Shown: positions 42,127 to 52,239, counted from the stretch's first letter. The stretch is DNA of 64,000 nucleotides from an uncultured Solirubrobacterales bacterium (GCA_963780475.1 CAWACB010000005.1:96122-160121); one strand, 5' to 3'. Translations and numbers: made by a program. The notes: generated by a model from the sequence alone, not told the origin.

Positions 42127-43281
42127 CTAAGGCGCCTGGACCGTCAGCGGGCGCTCTCCCAGCTTGACCTTGACAGTGCGCTTGTTCTGGCCGCGGTAGA
42201 CCTCGAGCTCCACCTCCTGGCCGGGCTCGAACTGCGAGATCAGCTCGGTGAAGTCCCGGTCGCGCGTGACGCGCTGGCCGTTCACCTTCGTGACTACGTC
42301 GCCGCCCAGCTTCACGAGCGTCGACTGGAACCGGATCTCGCGGTCGCCTCCTTTGATGCCCGCCTTGTCCGCCGGGCCACCCTCGACCACCTCCGCGACC
42401 ACCGCCCCCTCGTCCACCGGCACGCCGAGTCGCTTGGCGAGCTGCGGGTAGAGCGGCTGCGAGGTGATCCCGATGTACGCGTAGCCGACCTTCCCGTGCT
42501 TGGTGATCTCCGAAACGGAGCGCCGGACCATGTCCACCGGGATGGCGAAGCCGACCCCCACGCTGCCGCCTCCGGACGAGCGGATCTGCGAGTTGATGCC
42601 GATCACTCGCCCGTTGGCATCCAGGAGCGGCCCGCCCGAGTTGCCGCGGTTGACCGCGGCGTCCGTCTGGATCGCGTCGCTGATCGAGAACTGCGTGAGC
42701 GCCTCGATGGTGCGGTCCTTCGCCGACACCACGCCGACGGACAGCGATCCCTGCTCGCCGAAGGGACTGCCGATCGCCGCCACCGGATCGCCCACATGGA
42801 CGCTCGCGAGACGGCCCAGCTTGAGCGGGACGAGGTCGAGGCCGGAGGGGTCGACCTTCACGACGCCAACGTCGGCGTTGGGGTCGAAGCCGACGATGTC
42901 GGCGCGCACCTGGTTCCCATCCGGGAACTGCACGTACACGTCGTTGGCCTTCTTGATGCTGGGGCCGCTGCCCGAGGTGATGACGTGCGCATTGGTCGCG
43001 ACCCGCCCGTCGCCGTCCAGGACGAAGCCGCTTCCCTGACCAGCGTCATCGGAGCCGTCGCCTCCGAACAGGGAGGTGACCGTGACGACCCCAGGAGACA
43101 GCTTGCGGTAGATCTCGGATGGGTTGAACCCACCGCCGGCGGTCCCGGTCACCACGTCCACGCGCGTCACCTGCCCGCCACCGTCCGCGTCGTCGTCGTT
43201 CCCGCAGCCGGCGAGGATTGCGAGGGCAAGCGCCGCTATGAGCGCGGCGAGCCGCGCCGGCGTGATCGTGGGCGTCCTCAC
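42127..43281 (-). CDS. htrA: HtrA/DegP-family serine protease with PDZ domain (PepD-like)
   Basis: 384-aa track ORF. Lipoprotein-like signal LAILAGCG, catalytic TNAHV / D / GNSGGPL, C-terminal PDZ. Confidence 0.85.
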   Translation of the reverse strand: MRTPTITPARLAALIAALALAILAGCGNDDDADGGGQVTRVDVVTGTAGGGFNPSEIYRKLSPGVVTVTSLFGGDGSDDAGQGSGFVLDGDGRVATNAHVITSGSGPSIKKANDVYVQFPDGNQVRADIVGFDPNADVGVVKVDPSGLDLVPLKLGRLASVHVGDPVAAIGSPFGEQGSLSVGVVSAKDRTIEALTQFSISDAIQTDAAVNRGNSGGPLLDANGRVIGINSQIRSSGGGSVGVGFAIPVDMVRRSVSEITKHGKVGYAYIGITSQPLYPQLAKRLGVPVDEGAVVAEVVEGGPADKAGIKGGDREIRFQSTLVKLGGDVVTKVNGQRVTRDRDFTELISQFEPGQEVELEVYRGQNKRTVKVKLGERPLTVQAP

Positions 43282-44803
43282 GCCTCGGGCCCGCCGGTGG
43301 ACGCCATGGTCGCTGCCGGCACCCCGGCGGCGCCGTCGCGCACATGGCGGCCGGCGAGCGGCAGCGTGAGCGTGAACGCCGTGCGTCCGGGCCGGGACTC
43401 CACCTCCAGCCGCCCTCCCATTCGCCGCGCCATCTCTCGGGCGATCGCGAGGCCAAGACCCGATCCGCTGCCCGGATTGCCGGTGTGGAACCGGTCGAAT
43501 ATGTAGGGAAGCTCGCCCTCGGCAATGCCCGGGCCGTCGTCGGTGACGAGCAGCTGTGCGTCCTTGCGCGAGCCGCGGGGCGTGGTGGCCATCACCTGCA
43601 CGCGCGTGCCGTCCGGAGTGTGGCGCAGGGCGTTGTCGAGCAGCACCCGGACGATCTGAGCGGTTCGCTGCGGATCGCAGATGGCCTCCACCTCTCCGGG
43701 CAGGCCGTCGCCGGTGACCTCGATCTCCGCCTCCTTCATCGCCGCCGCGGGGATGAACTCCTCCGCGGCGCTCTGCGCCAGCGACAGCAGCGAGACCGTC
43801 TCGCGCTGCAGGTCCAGCGAGTCGGCGTCCAGCTTCGAAAGGTCGAGCAGGTCCGTCGTGAGCTTCTGGAGCCGCTGCACCTGCTCGCGCATCGTGACCA
43901 GGAACTCAGCTCGGGTGGTCGTCGTCGAGGTCGTCGTCCTCGAGCAGCTCGGCGAAGCCGCCCAGGGAGAAGATCGGGGTGCGCAGCTCGTGCGAGGCGT
44001 TCGCGATGAACTCCCGGCGGGCCGTATCCAGACGGGCGAGCTTGCGCTGCATCTCGTTGAAGGCCTGGGCCAGCTGACCGAGCTCATCGTCGGAATCGAC
44101 CGGAATCGGCTTGGAGAAGTTGCCCGCGGCGACGTCGCCCGCCGCCCGCTCGAGCCGCTTGATGCGCCGCGAGATGACGCTCGCGGCGTAGTACCCGCTC
44201 GCCATCGCGACGAGCAGGGCGATCGCGCCGGCGATCAGGATCTGGCGCTGGATCAGGTCGACGTTGTCGTGCACGTCCGCGAGCGGCTCCGAGAACACGA
44301 TCACCCAGGCCGGCTTGCCCTGGTAGAAGATCGGCCGCGCCGCCTGGGCGAGGTCGGCTGCCGGTTGCGGACTTGGACGCGGTCTTGACGCCGCCCGACC
44401 GCGCCGCGCTGAGGGCGAGCGAGGCGGAGGGGTTCAGCTGGGTCTTGACGTCTTGGGAGTCCGAGATCGTGTACGGACGGGAGTCAGGCGTCGATCCGCC
44501 GGCGCCGTTCTCGCTCACCGGGATGCCGAGCAGCGTCACGCGCGTCCCCGTCTCCTCGCTGATCGCCCGCGTGAGCGCGTCGAGCTGCGTGGCGGTCACC
44601 TCGCGCCCGATGGCGTTCTGGATCGGCCGGCTATACGAGAGCGAGTCGCGCCGCAGGGCGTCGACCTTCTGCGAGATCAGGTTCGACTCGAGCTGCGGGA
44701 CGACGTAGAAGTAGATGACCATCACGGCGCCGGCCGTGATCGTGAAGAACAGGAACGTGAGCCTGTTCTTGATCGAGCTGTGCCAGATCCGGTGCCAGAT
44801 CAT
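43278..44803 (-). CDS. sensor histidine kinase (MprB-like); frame broken near 44345-44375 and 43912-43920
   Basis: Three pieces in three frames. TM plus sensor: track ORF 44084..44941, from ATG 44803. TM2-HAMP-HisKA: ORF 43906..44304, with FIANASHELRTP. The third piece starts TRAEFLVTMREQ and carries the HATPase domain (ORF 43278..44087; DNALRHTP, DDGPGI, GSGLGLAIA). Confidence 0.8.
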
Positions 44804-45507
44804 TCGTCGCGGAAGCGATAACCGACCCCGCGCACGGTCAGCAGATACTCCGGGTTCTTCGGGTCGCGCTCGACCTTCTCGCGCAGGTGCCGGATGTGGA
44901 CGTCGACGGTGCGCTGGTCGCGGAACGCCGAATCGCCCCACACCCTGTCGAGCAGCATCTCGCGCGTGTAGACGCGGCCCGGGTGGCGCATCAGCACGGC
45001 GAGGATCTCGAACTCGACATAGGTGAGCCGCACGGACTCGCCCCGCACGTCCGTGGTGCGCTTGGCGAAGTCGAGCCGGATGTCACCGCGCTCGAGCGGC
45101 TCCTCGTCGACGTCTGGGTCCGGGGACATCTCGGCCCGCCGCAGCGCCGCCCGGACGCGGCTGCGGAACTCCCGCATCGAGAAGGGCTTGGTGATGTAGT
45201 CGTCGGCCCCCAGCTCGAGGCCGAGCACCTTGTCGATCTCCTCGGTCTTCGCCGTCAGCATGATGATCGGCACCGCGCTGCGGGCCCGCAGCCGCCGGCA
45301 CACCTCGAGGCCGTCGACCTTGGGGAGCATCACGTCCAGCACGACCAGGTCGAAGTGCTCGCGGTCGAAGCTCTCGAGCGCCTGCTCGCCATCCGTGGCC
45401 GGCACGACGTCGTATCCCTCCTTCTGCAGCGGGTAGCTGAGGAGCTTCTGAATCGGCTGCTCGTCGTCCACGAGCAGGATGCGTGTCGGCTTTCCGGTGG
45501 TGTTCAC
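44800..45507 (-). CDS. OmpR-family response regulator (MprA-like)
   Basis: C-terminal part of track ORF 44800..47481(-), from GTG 45507 with GGGGAG upstream. ILLVDDE, DLVVLDVMLP, LTAK, winged-helix TVRGVGYRF. ATGA overlap with the kinase start. Confidence 0.9.
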   Translation of the reverse strand: MNTTGKPTRILLVDDEQPIQKLLSYPLQKEGYDVVPATDGEQALESFDREHFDLVVLDVMLPKVDGLEVCRRLRARSAVPIIMLTAKTEEIDKVLGLELGADDYITKPFSMREFRSRVRAALRRAEMSPDPDVDEEPLERGDIRLDFAKRTTDVRGESVRLTYVEFEILAVLMRHPGRVYTREMLLDRVWGDSAFRDQRTVDVHIRHLREKVERDPKNPEYLLTVRGVGYRFRDE

Positions 45508-45570
45508 CTGTCTCCCCAAGATGATTCTAGGCCCGTTGTCGGGTTTCCCCTCTGCTATACAACGAGCGCC

Positions 45571-47445
45571 TTGGTGGATCTCCGCATCTATCGGGCCTCG
45601 CTCGTGGTGGCCGTGCTGGCCGTCGTGGTGGTGATGTTCTCGTTGCAGGAGCGTCCCCGCCCGCTCAGCGCACCCATCGCTCCCGACGCTTTTCGCGGCG
45701 ACACTGCCTGGAGCGAGGGCAAGCGCCTCGTCGAAAGGTTCCCCGAGCGACGGCCGGGAAGCTCCGGTGACGCTGCGCTCGGCGACGAAGTCGAGTCGCG
45801 TTTCAAGTCGCTGGGGCTCGAGACCTCGCGGGACCGCTTCAAGGCCGAGTGGGACGGCGAGGACACCTCGATGTCCAACGTGATCGGCGTCCTTTCCGCG
45901 AACTCCGATCGCCAGATCCTCGTCCTGTCGCACCGGGACGCCGGGGGGCGGCCGGGGGCGTCGAGCGCGATGGGCACCGCCGCGCTGCTGGAGCTGGCGA
46001 GCGCGCTCGACGGGTCGAGCCGGCAAAAGACGTTCGTCCTCGTGTCGACCGACGGCGCCGCGGCAGACGCAGCCGGTGCACGCCGGCTGGCGAAGATCTA
46101 TCCGAACCCCGAGAAGGTGGACGCGGTCCTGGTGCTCGACGACCTGGCGGCTTCCTCCACCAGGCGTCCGTTCGTGGTGCCGTGGTCCGACGACTCGCGC
46201 CGTGGCTCGGCGCAGGTGCTGCGCACCGCCGACGCTGCGCTCACGCGGGAGGCGGACGTGACGGCCGGCGCCGAGTCGGCGGCCGGCCAATTCGTGCGCC
46301 AGGCGTGGCCGCTGACCCTGCGCGAGCAGGGCCCTCTGGTCGCCGCGGGGATGGACGCGGTGACGATCACCGGGCACGGCGAGCTCGCGCCCGAGCCGGC
46401 GGGGGACACCCTTGACCGCACCTCTCAGGACCGGCTCGGGAGCTTCGGGCGCGCCGCCTTCGCGGCGGCGCTGGCGCTCGACGCTGCGCCCGCGGTGGAA
46501 GAGTCTCCCAGCCGCTACATCATCACCGGCAGCCACATCGTGCCGGGATGGGCGTTCACGCTGCTCGCGCTCGGCTTTGCCCTGCCGGCGCTCGTGACGG
46601 CGCTGGACGCCTTCGCGCGCGGCTTGCGGCGGCGTGATGACATGGGTGGATGGACCCGCTGGGTCCTCGCGGGGTCGATCCCGTTCGCGCTCACCCTGGC
46701 CGTTACGTGGGTGCTCCAGCTGGTCGATGCCCTGCCTTCGTCGATTTCCGAGGCGCTCTCGCCGTCCTCCGCGCCCGACTTCGGCGAGGTCGGCATCGCG
46801 CTCGGCGCGCTTGCGGCCACGCTGGTCCTCGGCTGGCGCTACCTGCGTCCCGCGGTCATGGGCCCCGCAGCGCGCAGGCTGGACGCGCCCGGCGCGTCCG
46901 CAGAGGTGGCGCTGGCCCTGCTGATCTCCCTCGAGGCGCTGGCCGTCTGCATCACGAACCCCTTCACGGCGCTGTTGCTGGTGCCGGCGGCACACCTCTG
47001 CCTGCTGGCGGCCGCGCCGCGGACTCCGAGCCGGCCGCTCCTGATCGGGGCGACCACGATCGGCGGGCTGGCCCTTCCGGCGCTGGCGGTCCTCTACTAC
47101 GGCGTCCAGCTCGATCTCGGACTGGACCCCTCGGCCTATGCGTTGATGGTCCTGACCGCCGGCACAGGGTCGCTGGGCGGCGCGATCCTCGCGTCCCTGG
47201 TGGCCGGCAGCTTCGCGTCCACCGTGGCGGTGGCCCTGGCGCGCGACGGCGCCCGAGCCGGACATGCCGATCACCGTCCGCGGCCCCGCCTCGTACGCGG
47301 GACCCGGGTCGCTGGGCGGCACCCGATCGGCCCTGCGCCGGTAGGCACTGCCGACTGCCGACTGCCGACTGCCCAAACTGGACGCTGGTTGGATGAACTG
47401 GACGGACACTCGTTCCATCGTGCCGCGTCCAGATGGCACCGATAA
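45571..47445 (+). CDS. membrane protein with M28-peptidase-like extracytoplasmic domain
   Basis: Sensible part of track ORF 44887..47445, from TTG 45571. A TM anchor, NVIGVL...LVLSHRDA...STDGAAADAAGARR (M28-like), then about 8 TM segments. The last 65 aa in frame are Arg-rich. A +1-frame tail PEPDMPITVRGPASYAGPGSLGGTRSALRR* ends at TAG 47342-47344, so a further frame break near 47240-47250 is possible. Confidence 0.6.
   Translation: MVDLRIYRASLVVAVLAVVVVMFSLQERPRPLSAPIAPDAFRGDTAWSEGKRLVERFPERRPGSSGDAALGDEVESRFKSLGLETSRDRFKAEWDGEDTSMSNVIGVLSANSDRQILVLSHRDAGGRPGASSAMGTAALLELASALDGSSRQKTFVLVSTDGAAADAAGARRLAKIYPNPEKVDAVLVLDDLAASSTRRPFVVPWSDDSRRGSAQVLRTADAALTREADVTAGAESAAGQFVRQAWPLTLREQGPLVAAGMDAVTITGHGELAPEPAGDTLDRTSQDRLGSFGRAAFAAALALDAAPAVEESPSRYIITGSHIVPGWAFTLLALGFALPALVTALDAFARGLRRRDDMGGWTRWVLAGSIPFALTLAVTWVLQLVDALPSSISEALSPSSAPDFGEVGIALGALAATLVLGWRYLRPAVMGPAARRLDAPGASAEVALALLISLEALAVCITNPFTALLLVPAAHLCLLAAAPRTPSRPLLIGATTIGGLALPALAVLYYGVQLDLGLDPSAYALMVLTAGTGSLGGAILASLVAGSFASTVAVALARDGARAGHADHRPRPRLVRGTRVAGRHPIGPAPVGTADCRLPTAQTGRWLDELDGHSFHRAASRWHR
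47348..47373. repeat. tandem heptamer array (CTGCCGA)x3 + CTGCC
   Basis: Read directly: ggtaggcaCTGCCGACTGCCGACTGCCGACTGCCc. A 24/26 inverted copy lies at 48574-48599. Confidence 0.85.
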
Positions 47446-47461
47446 CCCGTGGCGAGGAGCA

Positions 47462-47656
47462 ATGCGTTTCCAAAACAACAACTCACATCGGGGAACGGTG
47501 CGCCGCCTGTCCCGTGCCGGCTACGAGGTCGACCCTCAGCGTGTCGCTGAGGCGATGATCCTGCGGCTCGTCACGGACTCGTTCTCGGGCCCGGCCGGGA
47601 GAAGTGGTCCCAGCCGCGCAGGGGACGAGCTGCGCCACCTTCCGCGAGCAGCCTGA
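47462..47656 (+). CDS. possible small ORF with a FlgM-like C-terminal motif (weak)
   Basis: ATG 47462 preceded by gaggag, inside track ORF 47393..47656. RRLSRAGYEVDPQRVAEAMILRL resembles the G.Y.VD...VA..ML end of anti-sigma-28 FlgM. Its 3' end overlaps thiL by 86 nt. Confidence 0.25.
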   Translation: MRFQNNNSHRGTVRRLSRAGYEVDPQRVAEAMILRLVTDSFSGPAGRSGPSRAGDELRHLPRAA

Positions 47657-48569
47657 CACCGTCGCCCTCGCGCACGGTGCCGATCCAGGTGACCGGTGAG
47701 CCGGCCGTGCCGGCAGCCGCCGCAACCTGATCGGCGACCGGCTCGGGCGCAGTGAACAGGAGCTCGTAATCCTCGCCTCCGGCTGCCGCCAGCTCGAGGG
47801 GGTCGAGGTCGGCCGACACGGCGACCGCCTCGACTCCCTCCTCCAGCGGCAGGCGGGTGAGGTCGATCTCGACCAGCACGCCGCTGCACTCGGCCAGGCG
47901 CTCGGCGTCGGAGGCGATCCCGTCGCTGACGTCCAGCATCGCTGACACGCCCGCCCGCGCCAGCGCGGCGCCGGCCTCGATCAGCGGCCGCGGGCGCAGG
48001 TGCCGTTCGAGCAGCTCGTCGCCCAGCTCGGGGTCGAGCCCACCGTCCTTGCGCTCGAGCAGCAGGTGGCCCGCCGCCGATCCGCCGAGCGTGCCCGTCA
48101 CACCGACGCGATCGCCCGGCTCGGCACCGTCGCGGCGCGCCAGATTCCGCGCGTCGTCCGCGTGCCCGACCGCGGTCACGACCACGAACAGCTCCGGGCA
48201 GGCGGTCAGGTCCCCGCCGCAGATCGTCATCCCCAGCTCGGCGGCCAGCGCCTCGGCGCCGTCGGTCAGCTCCAGCAGCTCGCGCTCGCCGAACTGCGGC
48301 GGCAATCCGACCGTGAAGTAGGCCTCGCCGGGTTCAGCGCCCATCGCCGCCAGGTCCGAGACCGCGGCCGCCAGGCAGCGATGGCCGAGGTCACGCATGG
48401 ACGTCGTCGCGAGCCGGAAGTGGACGCCCTCGACGAAGGCATCGACGCTCGTGACGGCCAGTCCCTCGCAGCGCACGACCGCGGCGTCGTCGCCCGATCC
48501 GATCAAGACGCGATCCCCGCGCCGCTCGATGCGACCGCGGATCTGATCGAGCATTTGGAACTCGTTCAT
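47571..48569 (-). CDS. thiL: thiamine-monophosphate kinase
   Basis: Track ORF 47571..48671(-) trimmed to ATG 48569 (MNEFQMLDQIRG). GSGDDAAVV, SVDAFVEGVHF, AVSDLAAMGA, GGDL, DVSDGIASD. The upstream 34 codons of the track ORF merely translate the heptamer array. Confidence 0.88.
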   Translation of the reverse strand: MNEFQMLDQIRGRIERRGDRVLIGSGDDAAVVRCEGLAVTSVDAFVEGVHFRLATTSMRDLGHRCLAAAVSDLAAMGAEPGEAYFTVGLPPQFGERELLELTDGAEALAAELGMTICGGDLTACPELFVVVTAVGHADDARNLARRDGAEPGDRVGVTGTLGGSAAGHLLLERKDGGLDPELGDELLERHLRPRPLIEAGAALARAGVSAMLDVSDGIASDAERLAECSGVLVEIDLTRLPLEEGVEAVAVSADLDPLELAAAGGEDYELLFTAPEPVADQVAAAAGTAGSPVTWIGTVREGDGVRLLAEGGAARPLRGWDHFSRPGPRTSP

Positions 48570-48573
48570 GGTA

Positions 48574-48599
48574 GGCAGTTGGCAGTTGGCAGTCGGCAG
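48574..48599. repeat. tandem heptamer array GGCAGTT GGCAGTT GGCAGTC GGCAG (inverted copy of 47348-47373)
   Basis: Read directly. It fills the 31-nt gap between the upstream gene's stop (48601) and the thiL ATG (48569). Reverse complement: CTGCCGACTGCCAACTGCCAACTGCC. Confidence 0.85.
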
Positions 48600-48600
48600 A

Positions 48601-49989
48601 TCACAAGGGCACCGCGATGACGAGCATGTAAGCGCATAGGGCGAGCGAGGCGTAAAGCAGACGCCGGTCATCCGCCAGCGCGGCCAGCGGCAGCAGCCAG
48701 ATCGCGTACCAGGGCACGAGCCAGGCGGTCGCCAGCAGGAGCGCGAGCGTCGCCCATCCGGCCGGGGCGATCCACACCCCAGGCTTGTCGCGGTGCCTCC
48801 AGGTGTGAAGGAGCAGCGCGACCAGGACGGCCAGGAATGCGATCACTGCGACAGCGCGCGTGAAGTCGACGATCGAGTCGGCCGATCCGCCGGTCAGCGC
48901 GGCGATTCCGTCGGCGGCGCGCTGGGGGATGCTCCAGCGGGTCGTGCGGTCCTGGTTCTGGCCGAGCAGCACGAACGCTTCCGCCGCGCTGCCCCCGAAG
49001 GCGATCACCGCCGCGACCGCGCAGGCCGCCACCGCTCCGAATGCGCCGGCCAGGAACGCCCACGGGCGGCGGGCGACGGCGAGCATGAAGGGCCCGACGA
49101 GTCCGCCGGTCACCTTCACCGCCGCCGACACCGCGACGAGCGCTCCGGCGACCGGCTCGGAGCGTCCCTCTGAACCGGCTCCCGCCCGACTGGCCACGGG
49201 CAGCATCGCGAGCGCGGCACCCATCCACAGGAGCACGGTGAGCGCATCGTTGTGCGCGCCGCCGACCACGTGCACGAGCACCAGCGGGTTCAGCCCGACG
49301 ACCATCGCCGGCATGACGGGATCGCGCCCCAGCCGCCGGGCGCAGGCCCAGGTGAGCGCGACGATGCCCAGCGTGGCCAGCGCCGCGCCGGCCTTCAGGA
49401 TCCAGAAAGCCGTCGCGGGAGCGACCTTCGCGAGCGGCAGCGTCACGATCGTGAACAGCGGTCCGTACGCGCTGGAGGCGTCCTTGGACCCGGCGAACCG
49501 ATACACGGCGTCGCTCGGAACGGCATCCGGGCTGTGGGTGTAGGGGTCGAGGTGATGGAGGACGTCGAGCCGCGCGTAGGAGATGTAGCTGAAGACGTCC
49601 TGCGACAGGAGTGGCGGTGCAACCAGGAACAGCACGTTGAGCCCCACGATCGCCGCGACCGCCAGCCGCGGGCCGATCCCGCGCGCCAGCATCAGGACTC
49701 CGACGTAGGCGAGCATCGCCAGCCACAGGCCGAGGTAGAACAGCGGCCCGGCATCCGCGCCGTCGGCGCCGTTCCATCCCAGGCCGCGCAGGGGGCCGAG
49801 CAGCCAGTCGGGCGACCCGCCCGCCGTGGCCAGCACGACGCGCGAGCCCGGTGCGGCGAACGCGACCGCGAGCAGGACGTAGACGGCGACCAGCGACGCG
49901 AGCGCGACTCGCGCCGGAATCACCGCCTGTCCGCTACTCGCCCTCCCCGCCTGTGCCGTTGCCGGGGGTGCCCCCGCCGTCATCGACAT
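48601..49989 (-). CDS. DUF2029/GT87-like polyprenol-phosphate-mannose-dependent mannosyltransferase (MptB-like)
   Basis: 462-aa track ORF. About 11 TM segments; PPLLSQDVFSYISYARLDVLHHLDPYTH loop motif. GTG 49923 is an alternative start that avoids overlap with the PBP gene. Confidence 0.65.
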   Translation of the reverse strand: MSMTAGAPPATAQAGRASSGQAVIPARVALASLVAVYVLLAVAFAAPGSRVVLATAGGSPDWLLGPLRGLGWNGADGADAGPLFYLGLWLAMLAYVGVLMLARGIGPRLAVAAIVGLNVLFLVAPPLLSQDVFSYISYARLDVLHHLDPYTHSPDAVPSDAVYRFAGSKDASSAYGPLFTIVTLPLAKVAPATAFWILKAGAALATLGIVALTWACARRLGRDPVMPAMVVGLNPLVLVHVVGGAHNDALTVLLWMGAALAMLPVASRAGAGSEGRSEPVAGALVAVSAAVKVTGGLVGPFMLAVARRPWAFLAGAFGAVAACAVAAVIAFGGSAAEAFVLLGQNQDRTTRWSIPQRAADGIAALTGGSADSIVDFTRAVAVIAFLAVLVALLLHTWRHRDKPGVWIAPAGWATLALLLATAWLVPWYAIWLLPLAALADDRRLLYASLALCAYMLVIAVPL

Positions 49990-52049
49990 CTCCGCCGCCG
50001 GTCCCGTCCTCTGGGGGCGGCGCCGGCGCGGGCGCCGGGGTGGGAGTCGGAGCCGGCGTGTAGCCGCCGTACCCGCTCTGACCCGGGACGCCGTAGTTGT
50101 AGTTGTAGGTGGAGCTGCGGCCCTGGCCGTTGTACTTGCTGAAGAAAGGCGTCCACTGGATCGAGCTCTTCGGCTGTGGGAAGTCGCCGCAGAACGGGCC
50201 CTTTGCGACCTTCATGAACTTGGCCCAGATCTCGGCGGGGAAGGTACCGCCCGCGACGGAGATGCCGTGGACGCTGCGCATCTCGCGCAGCGCGTCCGGA
50301 TAGCCGACCCACACGGCCGCGGCCAGGTGGGGCGTGTAGCCGTCGAACCAGGCGTCGTTGAAGTTGTCGGTCGTGCCCGTCTTGCCGGCGGTCGGGCAGC
50401 CGGTGTTGGCCCGCGTCCCGGTTCCCTGCTGCACGTTCATCTTCGAGGATCTTCGTCACCTCGTGGGCGACGGCGTCCGACAGCACGCGCTCGCGCTTGG
50501 GCTTGCCGAGATCCTCGATGTCGCCGTCGGGGAAGCGGACCTTCACGATCGCGATCGGCTTGTTGCGAATGCCGCCCGATGCCAGCGTCGCGTACGCGTT
50601 TGCCATCTCGAGCGGTGAGACTCCGCGCGTCAACCCGCCGAGGCCCTCGGCCGGGTAGCCGTCGAGCTTCGTGGTGATGCCCATCGACTTGGCCGTCTCG
50701 GCGACGCTCTTCGGCCCGAGGTCGAGGTCCAGCTGTGCGAACACGGTGTTGTCGGATCGCAGCGTCGCGCGCACCAGGTTCATGTAGCCGCCGTAGGTCT
50801 GGTCGTACGTCTGGACCTTCCAGGGCCCGTAGTCCTTGGTGTTCAGGTCCAGCGGACGCGACACGTAGCCGGTCGAGTTCGGGTTGATGCCGCGCTTGAT
50901 CGCGGTCGTGAGCACGAAGGTCTTGAACGCGGAACCTGGCTGGCGATGACCCTGCGCGGCCAGGTTGTACTGCGCGTGGCGATACTTGGAGCTCGACGCC
51001 ATCGCGCGGATGTAGCCCGTCCTCGGATCGATCGCGACCACGGCCGAGCTCGGGTCGCCCGGGTAGTAGAGCGTCGAGTCGATCGCGTCGCGGCCCGCCT
51101 TCTGCAGCTGCGGGTCGATCGTCGTGTAGACCTTCAGGCCGCCCTTGCGCACGGTGTTGACGCCGAAGCGGTCGATCAGCTGCTGCTTGACGTAGTCGAA
51201 GAAGAACGGCTCGCGGATCTTCGTGTAGAGGTCGCCGTGCCGCACGCGCACCGGCGTGCGCATCGCCTCGACAGAGCGCTCCTTGGAGATGTAGCCGAGC
51301 TTCGCCATCTTGTGCAGCACCTCGTTGCGCCGCTCAACCGCGCCGCGCGGGTTCTGGAACGGGTTCAGGTCGCTCGGCGCCTGCGGCAGGCCCGCAAGCA
51401 GGGCGGACTCCTCCAGCGTCAGGTTCTTGGCCGGCTTGTCGAAGAAGGTCTGCGCCGCGGCCTGCACTCCGACCGCGGTGCGGCCGTCCACCGTGCCGTA
51501 GGGAACCGAGTTCAGGTAGCTGCGCAGGATCCACTCCTTGGAGTGATCGTCCTCGAGCTCCTCGGCGAGGCGCGCCTCGCGGATCTTGCGCTGCAGCGTC
51601 CGCTCGCGCCCGACGTAGAGGTTGCGCACCAGCTGCTGGGTGATGGTCGAGCCGCCCTCGACCGTCTTTCCCGCCTCGATGTTCTTGAACGCGGCGCGCA
51701 CGATTCCCTCGTAGTCGACGCCGCCGTGCTTGAAGAAGCGCTCGTCCTCGATCGCGATCGTCGCGGCGCGCATCGAGTCGGGGATGCGGCCGAGCGGGAT
51801 CGGCGTGCGGATCTCGTCGGACTGGATGAAGCCTAGGCGCGTGCCGTCGGCGGCATACACCGCGGAGCTGGTCCCCTGGTCGATCGGCTTGAGCGACTGG
51901 AGCGGGGGCGCCGACGCCGCGATCGACAGCACGTATCCGGCCGCCGCGAGCACCGCGATCAGCGCGCAGACGAGCAGCACGAAGACGGCAAGGAGCATCT
52001 TGCTCATCTTGCGCCCGCGCCGGTGGCGCTTTCGCTCTCGGTAGGTCAA
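49934..52049 (-). CDS. class A penicillin-binding protein (transglycosylase/transpeptidase); frame broken near 50438-50447
   Basis: Track ORF 49980..52049(-) holds the TM anchor, the GT51 motifs (AIEDERFFKHGGVD, GGSTITQQL, RKIRE) and the start of the TPase domain (SAFK). The remainder continues in ORF 49934..50440(-): NVQQGTGTRA..AGKTGTTDNFNDAWFDGYTP, then a Pro/Gly-rich tail. Confidence 0.85.
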
Positions 52050-52239
52050 AGGAAGTCTGGGGCGCCGAACGGGCGCATCGCTGATCCTGGGCGGCCTCAG
52101 AGAGGTTTCAGGCTCGGCCGCATTGCCCCTGCCAGGGCGGTCGAACGAGTATATCCAGGCATTTTTCCGCCCATGCCGTTATTCGGAGCAAACGGCTGAC
52201 TTGTGCCGGCGATCACTGTTCAGCAACGCGCGGGCGCTT

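Noticed and set aside
47348-48599. Possible CRISPR array or transposon ends, suggested by the repeated CTGCCGA units in inverted orientation.
   Set aside because: The units are 7 nt, directly abutting, and have no spacers. No cas genes or transposase lie between or beside them, and the enclosed gene is the housekeeping thiL. I kept them as an unexplained repeat finding, not as a CRISPR or mobile-element call.
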